A stretch of DNA of 64,000 bases from assembly GCA_963716395.1 (NCBI GenBank), contig OY970309.1, positions 2,112,001 through 2,176,000 on the forward strand, given 5' to 3'. A program made the position numbers and the translations under genes. Shown here one piece after another: positions 37,124-48,415 of this stretch (within the stretch, counting starts at the first letter, position 1; the number at the start of each line of letters is the position of its first letter). The notes below the pieces were generated by a model. It did not search any database. It was given only the letters and a program-made list of their open reading frames with translations, and was not told the DNA's origin. Source of the DNA: an uncultured Fibrobacteria bacterium. Its GTDB lineage: Bacteria > Fibrobacterota > Fibrobacteria > UBA11236.

Positions 37124-39478
37124 TCAACCGCCAGGGGGCGGCAGAAAGGCGAACAACACCACGCCGGCGCATTTTCCCCGGCGTGATTCCAGGTATTCTT
37201 TGAAATCCTGCGTGACGACCCTCCCCTTCAATTCGCTGGCATGCCGCAACAAAGGCGGTCCGCCGGCAGGCGCATCGATGAAACCGGTGTGGGTGACGTC
37301 GAGACCGGGTAGGTTCGTGACGAACGCTACGCCCAGAAATTGATCGCCCAGGGTCCAATGGGCCGCGAGTTGCAGCGCCCGGTCATAGGGCAGATAGCGC
37401 AGATCGATTTGGGGATCGGCCGGCAGCGGGGGCAGCCCATGCGCCGCGAAGAGTTTGTTTTTGAACAGGGTCTTATGCACCACCGTATCGCCGGGCAAGG
37501 TCAAGACCCGGAACCATTGCGGATTGCGGTCGAGCCAGTCGCCCACGAAGAAGTGATTGCGCGTGGCAAAGCTGACCGTGTCGCCGTGGTAGCGGATGGG
37601 CAGGATGGCGGGGATCAGGTCGGCGGCCTGGTGCGCGCGGGCCAGGGCGATATCCGATTCGAGATAGGTGACGCAGTCGAACCGGTCGAAGTCGAGAATG
37701 GGTTTGGGATCGATGGCGCCGAAGCGACCTTCGCCCGTGGGCCCGAGAAAATACGGCGTGCCTTCGAGAGCGCGGGAAAAGTAGCGCAGCCGGGCGGTGT
37801 AATCCGTCGGGGCGTCGGAGCGCTGGAGCAGTTTGTAGGCCACCGCCTCCGCCGGCCGTTCCTTGTTGTACCAGCGGGTGATATGCGCGAACAGGCTGTC
37901 CATCAGATTCGCGGCGGCCTCCGGCGAGCCGCGGTAATCGTTGAGCATGGCCGCGGCCGCGAGGGTGTCGCCGTCGATGCCGAAGATGTAGCCACACAGA
38001 CCGCTTACGCGGGTGATGGTTCCGGTTTTATAACGCACCAGGTCTTCGTCGGAGAACAAACGCAGGCGCCGCCCTGTGACGCCGTCGACGCCGGGCTGGG
38101 CCAGCGAGGCCACATAGTCGCGGCCGAAGGGGCGGCGCGCCATGCGGCTCAGCAGCAGGGCCATGGCGCGGGGTTTGACCCGATCGTCATGCGACAGGCC
38201 GCACCCGTCGTGCAGATCGAAATCCGCGGTATCGATGCCCAGGCGCGTGAGAAAAGCGCGCTCGGCGCGCAAGCCCGCTTCGGCGCTGCCTACGCCGTAA
38301 ACTCGTTTGCCCAGATGGCGTAACAGCAATTCGGCGTGCAGATTCTGGCTGCGCTGGTTGGCCTCTTCCACCAGGGCGATGAGTGGCGCCGTGGTGAGCC
38401 GGTAGGTCTTGAGCAGCGGCATCGAGGAATCCGCCGTCGTATCGGGAAGAAAGGCGACGCCGCCGGCATTCAATGCCTGCAGGAAGGCGGCCCGGAAATA
38501 CCGGGGCGGATCGCGCACCGGCAACACCCAGGAGCGTCCGGGACTGCGCAGCCCGACATGGCCGCTCACCGTGACCACGGTGGAATCCTCGCGCTGATAG
38601 AGGCCCAGGCGGCTTCTCCCGCCGCCGCGGGTACGGGCTTTGTCGATGACCCGCACATAGCCCACGTCGGGGACCACCTGCACTGCGGCCGGCTGCCCGA
38701 TCTTTTCTGCCGGCGTGACGCTGAGCACATAGCAATTGTCGTTGAACGACAGGGCCGACACCTCGGCGCCGTACCAGGTGTCGAAGTGATGCGGCAGCCA
38801 GGCTGCGGGCCGGTGCGGGCCGGTGAAAAAGCTGTCCGAAACCTCGACCCGCCCGCGCACCGTGTCGATGCCGGCCTGCCGCAGCGAATCGACCCAGGTC
38901 CGCAACGGTTGCAGGGCGTCGGGGAAGAAACGGTCGGAAATGTTGGGGTCGCCGCCGCCGATCACGCGCAGCAGGCCGCGCAGGGTTTTTCCCGACACCG
39001 TGCCCGACACTTCCAAGGTGGTGGCGGGAGCGTAATTGACGGGAAAGGTGTCGAGCACGGCCGCCGTGACCAAGAGCTTGAGACAGGACGCCGGCGTGAA
39101 CCAGTCGGTGTCGTTCCACTCGGCTTCGAAGCGCTGAAAGCGGAGCGAATACACGGCCAGGCCCACGCGTCCGCGCACGCGGCTGTGTTTGACCTTGTCT
39201 TGCAGGTCGCGCAAAAGCAGGGGCGACGGCTCGGTATGCCAGTTTTGCGGCCAAGGGATGGCGGCGGCCGATGGGATCGAGGCAGTCGCCGAGGTCGAGG
39301 TGGTGGAAGTATCCGCGCCGGAGGAGTCGGCCGCGGGCGATGCCTTTCCCGTCGAATCCTGCGCGGCCGAATCTTTGGCTGCGGGTTGGGCGCGGCAGGC
39401 CGAGCCGATGAGGCACAGCGCCCAGAAGCAACGCAAGCAAAGTCGGCCTCGGGCCGAAGCGACGGCGGCGGGATTCAT
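37124..39478 (-). CDS. dacB: PBP4/DacB (peptidase S13) fused to a C-terminal DUF1460 amidase-like domain
   Basis: Signal peptide; PASCLK (SxxK), GGGDP, SQNLHAE (SxN), DGCGLS, YKTGT (KTG); then GTPY..G..GEG, FDCVTYLE, RNHFF..W, DVTHTG, LRHAS. Confidence 0.88.
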   Translation of the reverse strand: MNPAAVASARGRLCLRCFWALCLIGSACRAQPAAKDSAAQDSTGKASPAADSSGADTSTTSTSATASIPSAAAIPWPQNWHTEPSPLLLRDLQDKVKHSRVRGRVGLAVYSLRFQRFEAEWNDTDWFTPASCLKLLVTAAVLDTFPVNYAPATTLEVSGTVSGKTLRGLLRVIGGGDPNISDRFFPDALQPLRTWVDSLRQAGIDTVRGRVEVSDSFFTGPHRPAAWLPHHFDTWYGAEVSALSFNDNCYVLSVTPAEKIGQPAAVQVVPDVGYVRVIDKARTRGGGRSRLGLYQREDSTVVTVSGHVGLRSPGRSWVLPVRDPPRYFRAAFLQALNAGGVAFLPDTTADSSMPLLKTYRLTTAPLIALVEEANQRSQNLHAELLLRHLGKRVYGVGSAEAGLRAERAFLTRLGIDTADFDLHDGCGLSHDDRVKPRAMALLLSRMARRPFGRDYVASLAQPGVDGVTGRRLRLFSDEDLVRYKTGTITRVSGLCGYIFGIDGDTLAAAAMLNDYRGSPEAAANLMDSLFAHITRWYNKERPAEAVAYKLLQRSDAPTDYTARLRYFSRALEGTPYFLGPTGEGRFGAIDPKPILDFDRFDCVTYLESDIALARAHQAADLIPAILPIRYHGDTVSFATRNHFFVGDWLDRNPQWFRVLTLPGDTVVHKTLFKNKLFAAHGLPPLPADPQIDLRYLPYDRALQLAAHWTLGDQFLGVAFVTNLPGLDVTHTGFIDAPAGGPPLLRHASELKGRVVTQDFKEYLESRRGKCAGVVLFAFLPPPGG

Positions 39479-40773
39479 ACCGGCGCCACAGTTGCGAAGT
39501 CGCGGAAAAATCCCGGATAGGTTTTGCGCACGCAGCCGGGGTTGCGCAGGGTGACGGGAACTCCGCCGAAGGCCGCCAACGCAAAACACATGGCCATGCG
39601 GTGGTCGTCGTAGGTCTCGATTTCGGCCGGCCGCAGCGTTTCCGGCGGCCGGATGATGAGGCCGTCTGCGTTCTCGTCCACCGCCGCGCCGACCTTGCGC
39701 AGCTCGGCGGCCATGGCCGCCAACCGGTCGGTTTCCTTGTGCCGCCAGTTGGCGACGCCGCGGATCACGGTGGGGCCTTGGGCGAAAAGGGCGGTCACCG
39801 CCAAGGTCATGCCCGTGTCCGACATGGAGTCCATATCGGCGTCGATGCCTTGCAGCTTTCCCGCCGGCGCCCGCACCGTCACGCCGGAGGAGCCGTACTC
39901 CACGCCGGCGCCCATGCGGCGCAGCACTTCGGCAAAACCGATTTCGCCCTGCGCCGAATCGCGCCCGAGGCCCGCCACCGTTACCGGCCCGCCGCCGATG
40001 GCGCCCGCCGCCAGGAAATACGAGGCCGACGAGGCGTCGGGCTCGACGGCGAAGGTTCCGGGTGAGGCGTACCCGGCCGGCTTTTCTACTGCAAAGCGGT
40101 GCGGGCCGTCGACCGCAAGGCGCGACCCGAAGGCGCGCATGATGCCCACGGTGAGATCCACGTAGGGCGCCGACGCCAGGGTTCCCGCGACCTCGATTGC
40201 GGCGGCCCGCCGGCACAGCGGCAGCGCCAGCAGCAAGCCGGTAGTGAATTGGCTCGACACATCGCCGCGGATGCGCGCGCTGCCGCCTTCCAGCCCTTGC
40301 GCCGTAAGGCGCAGCGGCAGGAAGCCCGCACGGTGTTCATAATCGAACCGGGTTTGCGGGGCGGCCAGTTGGCGCAGCGCCTCCACCAAATCCCCGAGGG
40401 GGCGCTCGCGCATGCGCGCTACTCCGTCGAGCCGGAAAACGCCATGACCCGCGGCCAGTAAGGCCGTGAGAAAGCGCGTCGCGGTTCCGGAATTCCCGAG
40501 AAACAGCGACACATCTGCGCCGGCAGGCGCCTGAAAGCCGCGGCCGATCCCCTCGATTTCAAGTTCGGATCCTTCGCCGTGCAGGCGGATGCCGAGGTGC
40601 GCCAGGGCCGTGCGCATCAGGTTTACGTCGTCACCGTCGGGCAAGTGCAAGAGGCGCGTGCGTCCCGCGGCCAGGGCCGCCAGGGGCAGCGCGCGGTTGG
40701 CGATGCTTTTCGATCCCGGCGGCCGCACCGTTCCGGCGGCCCGTTTGCGGGGGGGTAATACCAGGGTTTCCAT
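39475..40773 (-). CDS. aroA: EPSP synthase
   Basis: PGSKSIANR, LGNSGTATR, SSQF, KETDRL, DDHRMAM, KTYP. Confidence 0.96.
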   Translation of the reverse strand: METLVLPPRKRAAGTVRPPGSKSIANRALPLAALAAGRTRLLHLPDGDDVNLMRTALAHLGIRLHGEGSELEIEGIGRGFQAPAGADVSLFLGNSGTATRFLTALLAAGHGVFRLDGVARMRERPLGDLVEALRQLAAPQTRFDYEHRAGFLPLRLTAQGLEGGSARIRGDVSSQFTTGLLLALPLCRRAAAIEVAGTLASAPYVDLTVGIMRAFGSRLAVDGPHRFAVEKPAGYASPGTFAVEPDASSASYFLAAGAIGGGPVTVAGLGRDSAQGEIGFAEVLRRMGAGVEYGSSGVTVRAPAGKLQGIDADMDSMSDTGMTLAVTALFAQGPTVIRGVANWRHKETDRLAAMAAELRKVGAAVDENADGLIIRPPETLRPAEIETYDDHRMAMCFALAAFGGVPVTLRNPGCVRKTYPGFFRDFATVAPV

Positions 40774-40792
40774 CTACCAGGAAACTTACAAG

Positions 40793-41472
<680 letters not shown>

Positions 41473-41476
<4 letters not shown>

Positions 41477-42219
41477 GGGCGCTCCAGCACGAAATGGAGC
41501 CGTTCGCTGCGGTCGGTGCCGGGTCGAAAGCCGAAACCCGCCAGACAGGCGCGCACGCGGAAGCCCGCGCGTTCCGCCCACCGTCGCAGCGCCGAGGCCG
41601 GGTAAATGCGCTGCTGATGCAGTTCCTCGCGTGTTACCGTGCTTCCGCCGCCGCCGGCATCGTTCAGGAAAAAGGTAAAGGCGTTGATCTGCAGGCGGGT
41701 TTTTTCCAGGTAGCGGCTGCGGCGCACATAGGCGCCGCCGGCCAGCTCTTCGGCGTCGACGCCGTCGGCGAAATGGCGCCGCGAGCATTGGGCGGTGGTG
41801 ACGTCGAAGACGAACAGGCCTCCCGGACGCAGCACGGCTTTGGCCTGGCGCAGCGTCCGCAGCACCTCTTCGCCGCGGAGCAGATAGTTCAAACTGTCGT
41901 ACAGCATGAGCAGCAAATCGAAAGGCCCGCGCACCGCCAGCGCCCGCGCATCGAAAGCCGCGCGCCGGGCCGGAGCCGCGGCGGCCCGCAACATGGCCGG
42001 GCTGCAATCCGAATGCAGCAGAAATGCGCCGGGAAACAGGGGCGGCGCCGCGAAAGGGCAGGTGCCCGCGGCCAATTCCAACACGCGCCGGGGCGGGGTG
42101 GCGCCGCCGAAGCGGTGCCACAAGGTGCGCACATGCCGGGCCCAGGCGTCGTAATCGACATGCGCCATGATGCGATCATAAAAGGGGGCCATGGCTTGGT
42201 ACGGCGCGGCGCCGGCCAT
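41473..42219 (-). CDS. Class I SAM-dependent methyltransferase
   Basis: FYDRIMAHVDYDAW, VLELAAGT, DSLNYL, LRPGGLFVFDV. Confidence 0.88.
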
Positions 42220-42223
42220 GAGG

Positions 42224-43600
42224 TTATTCCGGCGCCGAGGTGGTATCGCCGCCGGCCGAGGCGTCATCGGCAGCGCCGCCGGCATGGAATTCCGCCAATC
42301 GGTTTTCGATATGCACGTGTTGACGCCAATCCTTCACCAGACTCGCGAGCTTTTGCGAGATGATCCACTGCTTGGCCATGGCGCTGATCTGGGCGTAATC
42401 CTCTTCCAGCGAAAGATGGCGGGCCGCGGCCTTCCGGTCGACGCGGAACAGGTTATAACTGTCGCCGATGAGAATGGGCTGGGTGACCTGGCCCGAGTCC
42501 AGCGAATCCACCGCCGCCTTATAGGCCGGATCGAGTTGATCCCTGGAGAACCAGCCGAGATCGCCGCCTTGATCGCGCGTATCGCGGTCTTCGGAAATCT
42601 CGCGCGCCGCGGCGGCGAACTCCGGCCCGGTTTTCAGGGTTTGCCGCACCGAATCCATGAAGGCCAGGGCGCGCGCCGTGTCCTGGGTCGAGGGAATGAC
42701 CCGGATGAGAATGTGCGAGGTGCGGATTTCGTTGTCCTTCTTGCCGGTAACGAGGATGATATGGTAGCCGAAGCGCGAACGCACGGGATGGGTCGAGTAA
42801 TCGCCCACGTCCAGGGCCCAGGCGCCGCGCTCGTAATCGGGATCGAGCGTGCCGCGCTTGGTGTACCCCAGGTCGCCGCCGTCCTTAGCCGAAGGATCGT
42901 CGGAATAGATCTTCGCCAGATTGGCGAAGCTCGCGCCCGCGTCCAGTTGCTTGATCAGCGAGTCGGCCTTGGCCTTGGAGGCTGCATCGATTTTGGGATC
43001 GGCTTTGATGCGCCATTGGATATGCGAGAGGCGCACGCCGTCTTTCTGGATGGGCAGGCTGTCGTGGTAGTCGTGGAAGAACTGCTGCACCTGCAACTGC
43101 GAAGGATCGGGATCGCCGATGTATTTCATCTGCAGTTTCTGTCGGTACAGCTGATCGCGCACCTGCTCCTGCAACCGCGCCTTGAACTGCCCCAGCGTCA
43201 TGCCCGTGGTCTGCCGCAACGCCAGTTCGAGTTGCTTCTCGCCGCCCTGCTGCTCGGCGTCGTGGTTGTACACATCCTGCACGTGGCTGCTGACCTCCTG
43301 ATCGGTTACGCGCAGCGACGTGTCCTGTTGGGCCTTGGCCAGAATCACTTTCTCGTCGATGAGGCGCTGCAGCGCCTGTTCGCGTTGTTCCGCCACCGGC
43401 AGGGCTGCGAACGAAGGCTGTTGCTCGTCCATGGCCTGGCGGAATTCCTCGACGTCGGAGAAAAGAATCGGATCGTCGTTGACCACGCCGGCCACGCCTT
43501 CGACCGAAACCCGTTCCGCGGCCGCGTGGCGGGGCAGAAACGCGGCAGCGACCAGCACGGCGGGGAACAGTTTAAGGATCCGGAGCGGCATTGGGAGCAT
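42224..43600 (-). CDS. surA: SurA-like periplasmic chaperone with two parvulin PPIase domains
   Basis: Signal peptide, VAGVVNDDPI, FANLAKIYSDD..A..GGDLG (twice), SHILIR. Confidence 0.85.
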   Translation of the reverse strand: MLPMPLRILKLFPAVLVAAAFLPRHAAAERVSVEGVAGVVNDDPILFSDVEEFRQAMDEQQPSFAALPVAEQREQALQRLIDEKVILAKAQQDTSLRVTDQEVSSHVQDVYNHDAEQQGGEKQLELALRQTTGMTLGQFKARLQEQVRDQLYRQKLQMKYIGDPDPSQLQVQQFFHDYHDSLPIQKDGVRLSHIQWRIKADPKIDAASKAKADSLIKQLDAGASFANLAKIYSDDPSAKDGGDLGYTKRGTLDPDYERGAWALDVGDYSTHPVRSRFGYHIILVTGKKDNEIRTSHILIRVIPSTQDTARALAFMDSVRQTLKTGPEFAAAAREISEDRDTRDQGGDLGWFSRDQLDPAYKAAVDSLDSGQVTQPILIGDSYNLFRVDRKAAARHLSLEEDYAQISAMAKQWIISQKLASLVKDWRQHVHIENRLAEFHAGGAADDASAGGDTTSAPE

Positions 43601-44705
43601 GATCGGTTCCTGACGGCGAGGGAGTGGGGGGATTCGATGCGGGCGGCGGATCGGTTACGGCGGGCTTCTGCGCGGGATCGACGTCTGGCGCCGGCGATTC
43701 GGCCGCAGGCGTGGCCGCGTCGGGAGCGTGGGCGGGAATGCGGGCCACGGCATGGCGGCGCGGCGGATTTCTCTTGTGCTTGGGCGGCAGAGGCGGTACG
43801 TTGGGCGGCGGCGCCGCCACCACTTCGGGCTCGACGGTGTCGGGCGTCGCTTCGCGTCCCGGAATCTGATCGAGATTCAGGCTGATGGCTGCGCCTTCTT
43901 TGAACTGGCGGATTTTGGCCGCGCGCATTTCGTCTTTATGCTCCATGACCAATTGCGCGATGATGGATTCCTTGGCTTCGGTGTAGGGGATGGGCGAACC
44001 CGCTTCTTCGCGATCGAGCAGTTTGACTAGATAAATGCCGTCGGCGCAGGTGAGCGGCGGCGAGACGAAACCGGGTTTGGCTTCGTCGAGCGCGGCCAGA
44101 ATGCACAGGGGAATCTGCGAGGCCTTGCGGAAGGGAATGGCGGAAATTTCCCCTCTGGCCGAATCGAGGGAATAGCGCACCCCGAGGGCCATAAAATTGT
44201 CGCCTTTGATCTGGGTGCGCACGGTTTGGGCTTCTTTCAACGAAGCCATGCGGATATGGGCGTAACGGAATTCGGGCGCCGTGCGTCGAAACGCGTCTTT
44301 GTGCGATTCGTAATAATGAGAGATGGCTTCCTCGTCGGGCTCGTAATCTTCGTTGGTATTCTGGCGCGCGAGAAATTCTTCGATCAGCACCTTGCGGCGC
44401 AGAGCCTGGAGGCGGCTTTTCACCTTGGGATCCTGATCGATTCCGTGTTTGAGGGCTTGCTGGTACACCACTTCGTCGTCGATCCAGCGTTGGATGAAAT
44501 TGAGGTATTGTTCGCGCGGCAGCACTTTTTCCAATTCGGGCGGGAAGGTTTCGCGCAAATCATTCAACGTCAAGCGGGATTGATCCACCTGGGCCAGAAC
44601 GGTTTGCGGGGGTTCGGCTTTGTGGCAACCCGCCAGACACAACACTGCGATGCTGACGGCCGGAAAAAACGGCTTCAAAACGTCGGAAAAGACGCGGCGA
44701 TTCAC
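43572..44705 (-). CDS. PpiC/PrsA-like foldase lipoprotein with Pro-rich tail
   Basis: LAGC lipobox, VLAQVD, IQRWIDDEVVYQQA, degenerate parvulin domain; between mfd and surA. Confidence 0.75.
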   Translation of the reverse strand: MNRRVFSDVLKPFFPAVSIAVLCLAGCHKAEPPQTVLAQVDQSRLTLNDLRETFPPELEKVLPREQYLNFIQRWIDDEVVYQQALKHGIDQDPKVKSRLQALRRKVLIEEFLARQNTNEDYEPDEEAISHYYESHKDAFRRTAPEFRYAHIRMASLKEAQTVRTQIKGDNFMALGVRYSLDSARGEISAIPFRKASQIPLCILAALDEAKPGFVSPPLTCADGIYLVKLLDREEAGSPIPYTEAKESIIAQLVMEHKDEMRAAKIRQFKEGAAISLNLDQIPGREATPDTVEPEVVAAPPPNVPPLPPKHKRNPPRRHAVARIPAHAPDAATPAAESPAPDVDPAQKPAVTDPPPASNPPTPSPSGTDHAPNAAPDP

Positions 44706-44839
44706 GGGGCCAATATAGCTAACGCACTGCCTGGGCAGTATCGGGCCTGCCCCTGTGTTGATGAAGCGTTTAGAGTTCAGCCTGCGCCCGTCTCAGGCTT
44801 CGCCCATCCGCCCAGACGGATTCGCCCGGGTAGCGAAAG

Positions 44840-47800
44840 TTACAGCCAGCCGCGCAGGATTTGTGCGGCCTGGGAGATGGCGGCCATGGCGTCGCCGGAT
44901 CGCGGCGGGTTGAGTTCCACCACCATCTGCAGGGGCTCGGTGTTCAGAAAGCGCAGGGGCCGTGGGCAGCGCGCCGCCAATCCCGCCAACTCCGGCTTTT
45001 CGGGTTCGCGCAGCGGCGCGTACTGCAATTGCAGCAAATTGCCTTCGAGCGTGATTTTTTGCAGCCCCAATTGCTGGGCCGCCACCCGCGCCAGCATGGT
45101 GCGCAGCAGGACGGCGGCGGGCCGGGGAACGGGGCCGAAGCGGTCGATCAGTTCTTTTTCCATCTCGTCGACCTGGCCGGGTTCGGAACAGCGCGAGAGC
45201 TTCTGGTACAGAAGGGTGCGTTGCAGCCCGTCTTCGACGTAGTCTTCGGGGAGGAAGGCGTCTTCGGGAAATTCGACTTCCGGGTTCAACGGCGGCAGCA
45301 CCTTTTGCCCCTGCATTTCCCGGACGGCGTCGCGCAGCATGCGGCAATAGGTTTCGAAACCCACGGCCGCGATATGCCCGCTTTGCTCCAGCCCCAGCAA
45401 ATTGCCCGCCCCGCGGATTTCCAGATCGCGCATGGCGATTTGAAAGCCGCTGCCGAGATCGGTGTACTTCTCCAGCGCGTAGAGTTTGCTTTTCGCTTCG
45501 TCGGTGAAGCGGTTGGCGTCGGGCGCGATCAGCAGGCAATGCGCCTGCGCCGCGGAACGACCCACGCGTCCCCGTAATTGATACAACTGTGACAACCCGA
45601 ACAAATCAGCGCGGTGGATGATCATGGTGTTGGCGTTGGCGATATCGATGCCCGACTCGATGATGGCGGTGCACGCCAGCACGTCGTATTCGCGGTGGAC
45701 GAAGGCGGCCATCACGCGTTCGAGCTGGCCTTCTTCCATCTGGCCGTGGGCCACGCCCACGCGGGCCTGGGGCACGAGCGCCTGCACCCGGTCGGCCATC
45801 TCGTGCATGTCGGCGACGCGGTTGTAGACGAAGTAGGCCTGGCCGCCGCGGCTCAATTCGGCTTCGAGGGCATCGCGCACCACGGCCGGATCCCAGGCCA
45901 CCACGCGGGTCTCGATGGGCAGGCGGTTGCGGGGCGGCGTGGCGATAATGGAAAGGTCGCGCGTGCCGAGCATCGACATGTGCAAGGAGCGGGGAATGGG
46001 CGTGGCCGACAGCGCCAGCACGTCGACGTGGGCGCGCATCTCTTTGAGGCGTTCCTTTTGCTTGACGCCGAATTTTTGTTCTTCGTCGACGATCAGCAAT
46101 CCCAAATCCTTGAAGGCGACGTCTTTGGAAAGCAGACGATGCGTGCCCACCACCAGGTCCAGCGTGCCGTCCGCCAACGCGGCCAGAGTGGCTTTCTGTT
46201 CCTTGGGCGAGCGGAAGCGATCCAAGGCCTCGATGCGCACGGGCCAGGCCGCGAAACGTTCCGAAAACGTATCGAAATGCTGCGCCGCCAGAATGGTGGT
46301 GGGCGCCAGAATCGCGACCTGTTTTTTGTCACATACGGCCTTGAATGCGGCGCGCATGGCCACTTCGGTTTTGCCGAACCCCACATCGCCGCACACCAGC
46401 CGATCCATGGGCTTCTTCGTCTCCATATCGCGTTTCACGTCGGCGATGGCTTTGGCCTGGTCGGGGGTCAGATCGTATTCGAAGGCCGCTGCGAATTCGC
46501 GCTGTAAATCGCCGTCGGCGCTGAAGGCGAACCCCTCGGCCACCGATCGCTTGGCATAGAGATCGATCAAATCCTTGACCAGGACGACGATGGCCTTGCG
46601 GGTTTTTTCCTTGGCCGTCTCCCACGACTTGCCGCCCAGCTTCGACAACACGGGCACGAGGCTTTCTTCGCCCGCGAATTTTTCCAGCTTGGCGAGATCC
46701 GCCACCGGCAAGGTCAACTTGTCGCTGCCGTGGTAATGCAGCAAGATGCAGTCGAGATCGCGTCCGCCTACCTTGACTCGGCCGATGCCCACGAAGCGCC
46801 CGATGCCATAGGCTTCGTGCACCACGAAGTCGCCGCGGTTCAAGGCGTCGAAGCTGGGAATGGCCGCGCCGCCCCCGCGGAATTTGCGCTTGCGCACGTT
46901 GCGGCTGAAGCGGTTGAAGATCTGGTGATCGGTGAGCAGGGCCACGCTTTGGGTGCGGTCGATGAAGCCGCAGTTGAGATGGCCCACGCACACGCCGTCG
47001 ACGGGCAGGGTCTGCGCCAGCTTGCGCAGGCGTTCGGCCTGCCCGGCATTGGGGCAGAGCAGATACACCTGCAGGGCTTCGGCGGCCAATTCGCGCAGCA
47101 GCGGTTCGGCTTCGCTCAAGCCCGCGCCGCCGCGCTGCTGGGGCTGCTGATCCACGGTCACGCTGCCCGCCCCCTCCCAACTCAGCCGGCTGAGCTGCAG
47201 CACCGGCCGGGTCGACAGGCTGCGCGCCAGTTCCGCGGCCGACAGCAGCAATTCTTCGGGCGTGTTGACGAAGCGATCTTTGCCGCGGGCCTCCTGATAG
47301 CCGCTGCGCATGGCCGCCCAGGCCTTTTCCACCGCGTCGGCCAGACCGTCGGCGTCGCCCACGATCACGCGGGCCTCGGCGCCGAGAAAGTCGAGCAGGT
47401 TGTGGTTCAAGTCCTTGAAGAAGGCCTTTTGCCAGTGGATCCCGGTGAGGTCGCGCTTCTCCACCAGCCGGTGGCGCTCGGCCGCCCAGGCGTCTTCGTC
47501 GCCCAGCCGGTCGAGATGGCTTTCCAGGCCCTGATCCAGCGCCTCCGGCGGATAGCAGCATTCGTCCAGCGGGAACAGGGCGATGGAATCGACCGCGCGC
47601 ACGGATCGCTGCGAGAAAATGTCGAATTCCTTGATCGACTCGATGGTGTCGCCGCCCAACACGATGCGATAGGGGTTCTCGGCCAAATAGGGATAGATGT
47701 CGAGGATTTCACCGCGCACGCCGAAGGTGCCGAGATCCTGCACCACGGTTTCTTCGCGAAAGCCGAGGCCGAGCGCCGCTGCGCGGAAGGTGCCGGGGCT

Positions 47801-48265
47801 CAAGGCGTCGCCGGCCTGGAGCGTCACGATTTCCTGATGCAGGCTGCGCGGGCTCGACAGCTTTTCCAAAAACGCGGATACCGTGACGATCATTACAACC
47901 CGCCGGCCGCGGTACAGGGCGTCGAAGCCTTCCAGCCGCCGCTCGCGCACCGGGCCGAAGGGCGCGCGCCATTCATAGGGTTTGAGATCGAGGCCGGGGA
48001 AATGCAGCACCTCGTCTTCGTTCAGAAACGACTGCAGGTCTTCGGCCAGGGCTTCGGCGGCTTTGGTGTCGGGGGCGAGAACCAACAGCGATCCCGCATG
48101 CCGGCGGAATTGCGCCGCGGCCAGGGCCGCCGGCCCCGAGCCCGCCAGGCCGGCCACGTGCAAGGGTTCGCCGGGTTTGGCCGCCAGGCCGCTGAAGGCG
48201 GGAAAGGCATGCGCGTCGAGCAGACGGGAAAGCGGAATCGGTCCGGAATCGCGGGTCGGGGGCAT
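44840..48265 (-). CDS. mfd: Transcription-repair coupling factor
   Basis: MDRLVCGDVGFGKTEVA, DEEQKFGV, SATPIPR, QLYQLRGRVGR, DLEIRGAGNLLG. Confidence 0.97.
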   Translation of the reverse strand: MPPTRDSGPIPLSRLLDAHAFPAFSGLAAKPGEPLHVAGLAGSGPAALAAAQFRRHAGSLLVLAPDTKAAEALAEDLQSFLNEDEVLHFPGLDLKPYEWRAPFGPVRERRLEGFDALYRGRRVVMIVTVSAFLEKLSSPRSLHQEIVTLQAGDALSPGTFRAAALGLGFREETVVQDLGTFGVRGEILDIYPYLAENPYRIVLGGDTIESIKEFDIFSQRSVRAVDSIALFPLDECCYPPEALDQGLESHLDRLGDEDAWAAERHRLVEKRDLTGIHWQKAFFKDLNHNLLDFLGAEARVIVGDADGLADAVEKAWAAMRSGYQEARGKDRFVNTPEELLLSAAELARSLSTRPVLQLSRLSWEGAGSVTVDQQPQQRGGAGLSEAEPLLRELAAEALQVYLLCPNAGQAERLRKLAQTLPVDGVCVGHLNCGFIDRTQSVALLTDHQIFNRFSRNVRKRKFRGGGAAIPSFDALNRGDFVVHEAYGIGRFVGIGRVKVGGRDLDCILLHYHGSDKLTLPVADLAKLEKFAGEESLVPVLSKLGGKSWETAKEKTRKAIVVLVKDLIDLYAKRSVAEGFAFSADGDLQREFAAAFEYDLTPDQAKAIADVKRDMETKKPMDRLVCGDVGFGKTEVAMRAAFKAVCDKKQVAILAPTTILAAQHFDTFSERFAAWPVRIEALDRFRSPKEQKATLAALADGTLDLVVGTHRLLSKDVAFKDLGLLIVDEEQKFGVKQKERLKEMRAHVDVLALSATPIPRSLHMSMLGTRDLSIIATPPRNRLPIETRVVAWDPAVVRDALEAELSRGGQAYFVYNRVADMHEMADRVQALVPQARVGVAHGQMEEGQLERVMAAFVHREYDVLACTAIIESGIDIANANTMIIHRADLFGLSQLYQLRGRVGRSAAQAHCLLIAPDANRFTDEAKSKLYALEKYTDLGSGFQIAMRDLEIRGAGNLLGLEQSGHIAAVGFETYCRMLRDAVREMQGQKVLPPLNPEVEFPEDAFLPEDYVEDGLQRTLLYQKLSRCSEPGQVDEMEKELIDRFGPVPRPAAVLLRTMLARVAAQQLGLQKITLEGNLLQLQYAPLREPEKPELAGLAARCPRPLRFLNTEPLQMVVELNPPRSGDAMAAISQAAQILRGWL

Positions 48266-48415
48266 GGGATCGGTTTCGGCCTGTAGCGTTGAGGTTACGA
48301 TGGTTCCCCGCGCTTCGGACGCAGAAGGGAAATCCTGCGAGAAAATTAACCGGGTCGGGCCGAAGTTTGGTCGGCGCGACATTCGCGGCGTGCCGTTTTA
48401 ATGTAAACTCACCCG

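Noticed and set aside
39479-40216. N-terminal 246 codons of the 1030-aa ORF
   Set aside because: Overlaps aroA in another frame; the real start is at 39478 with an ATGA overlap and signal peptide.
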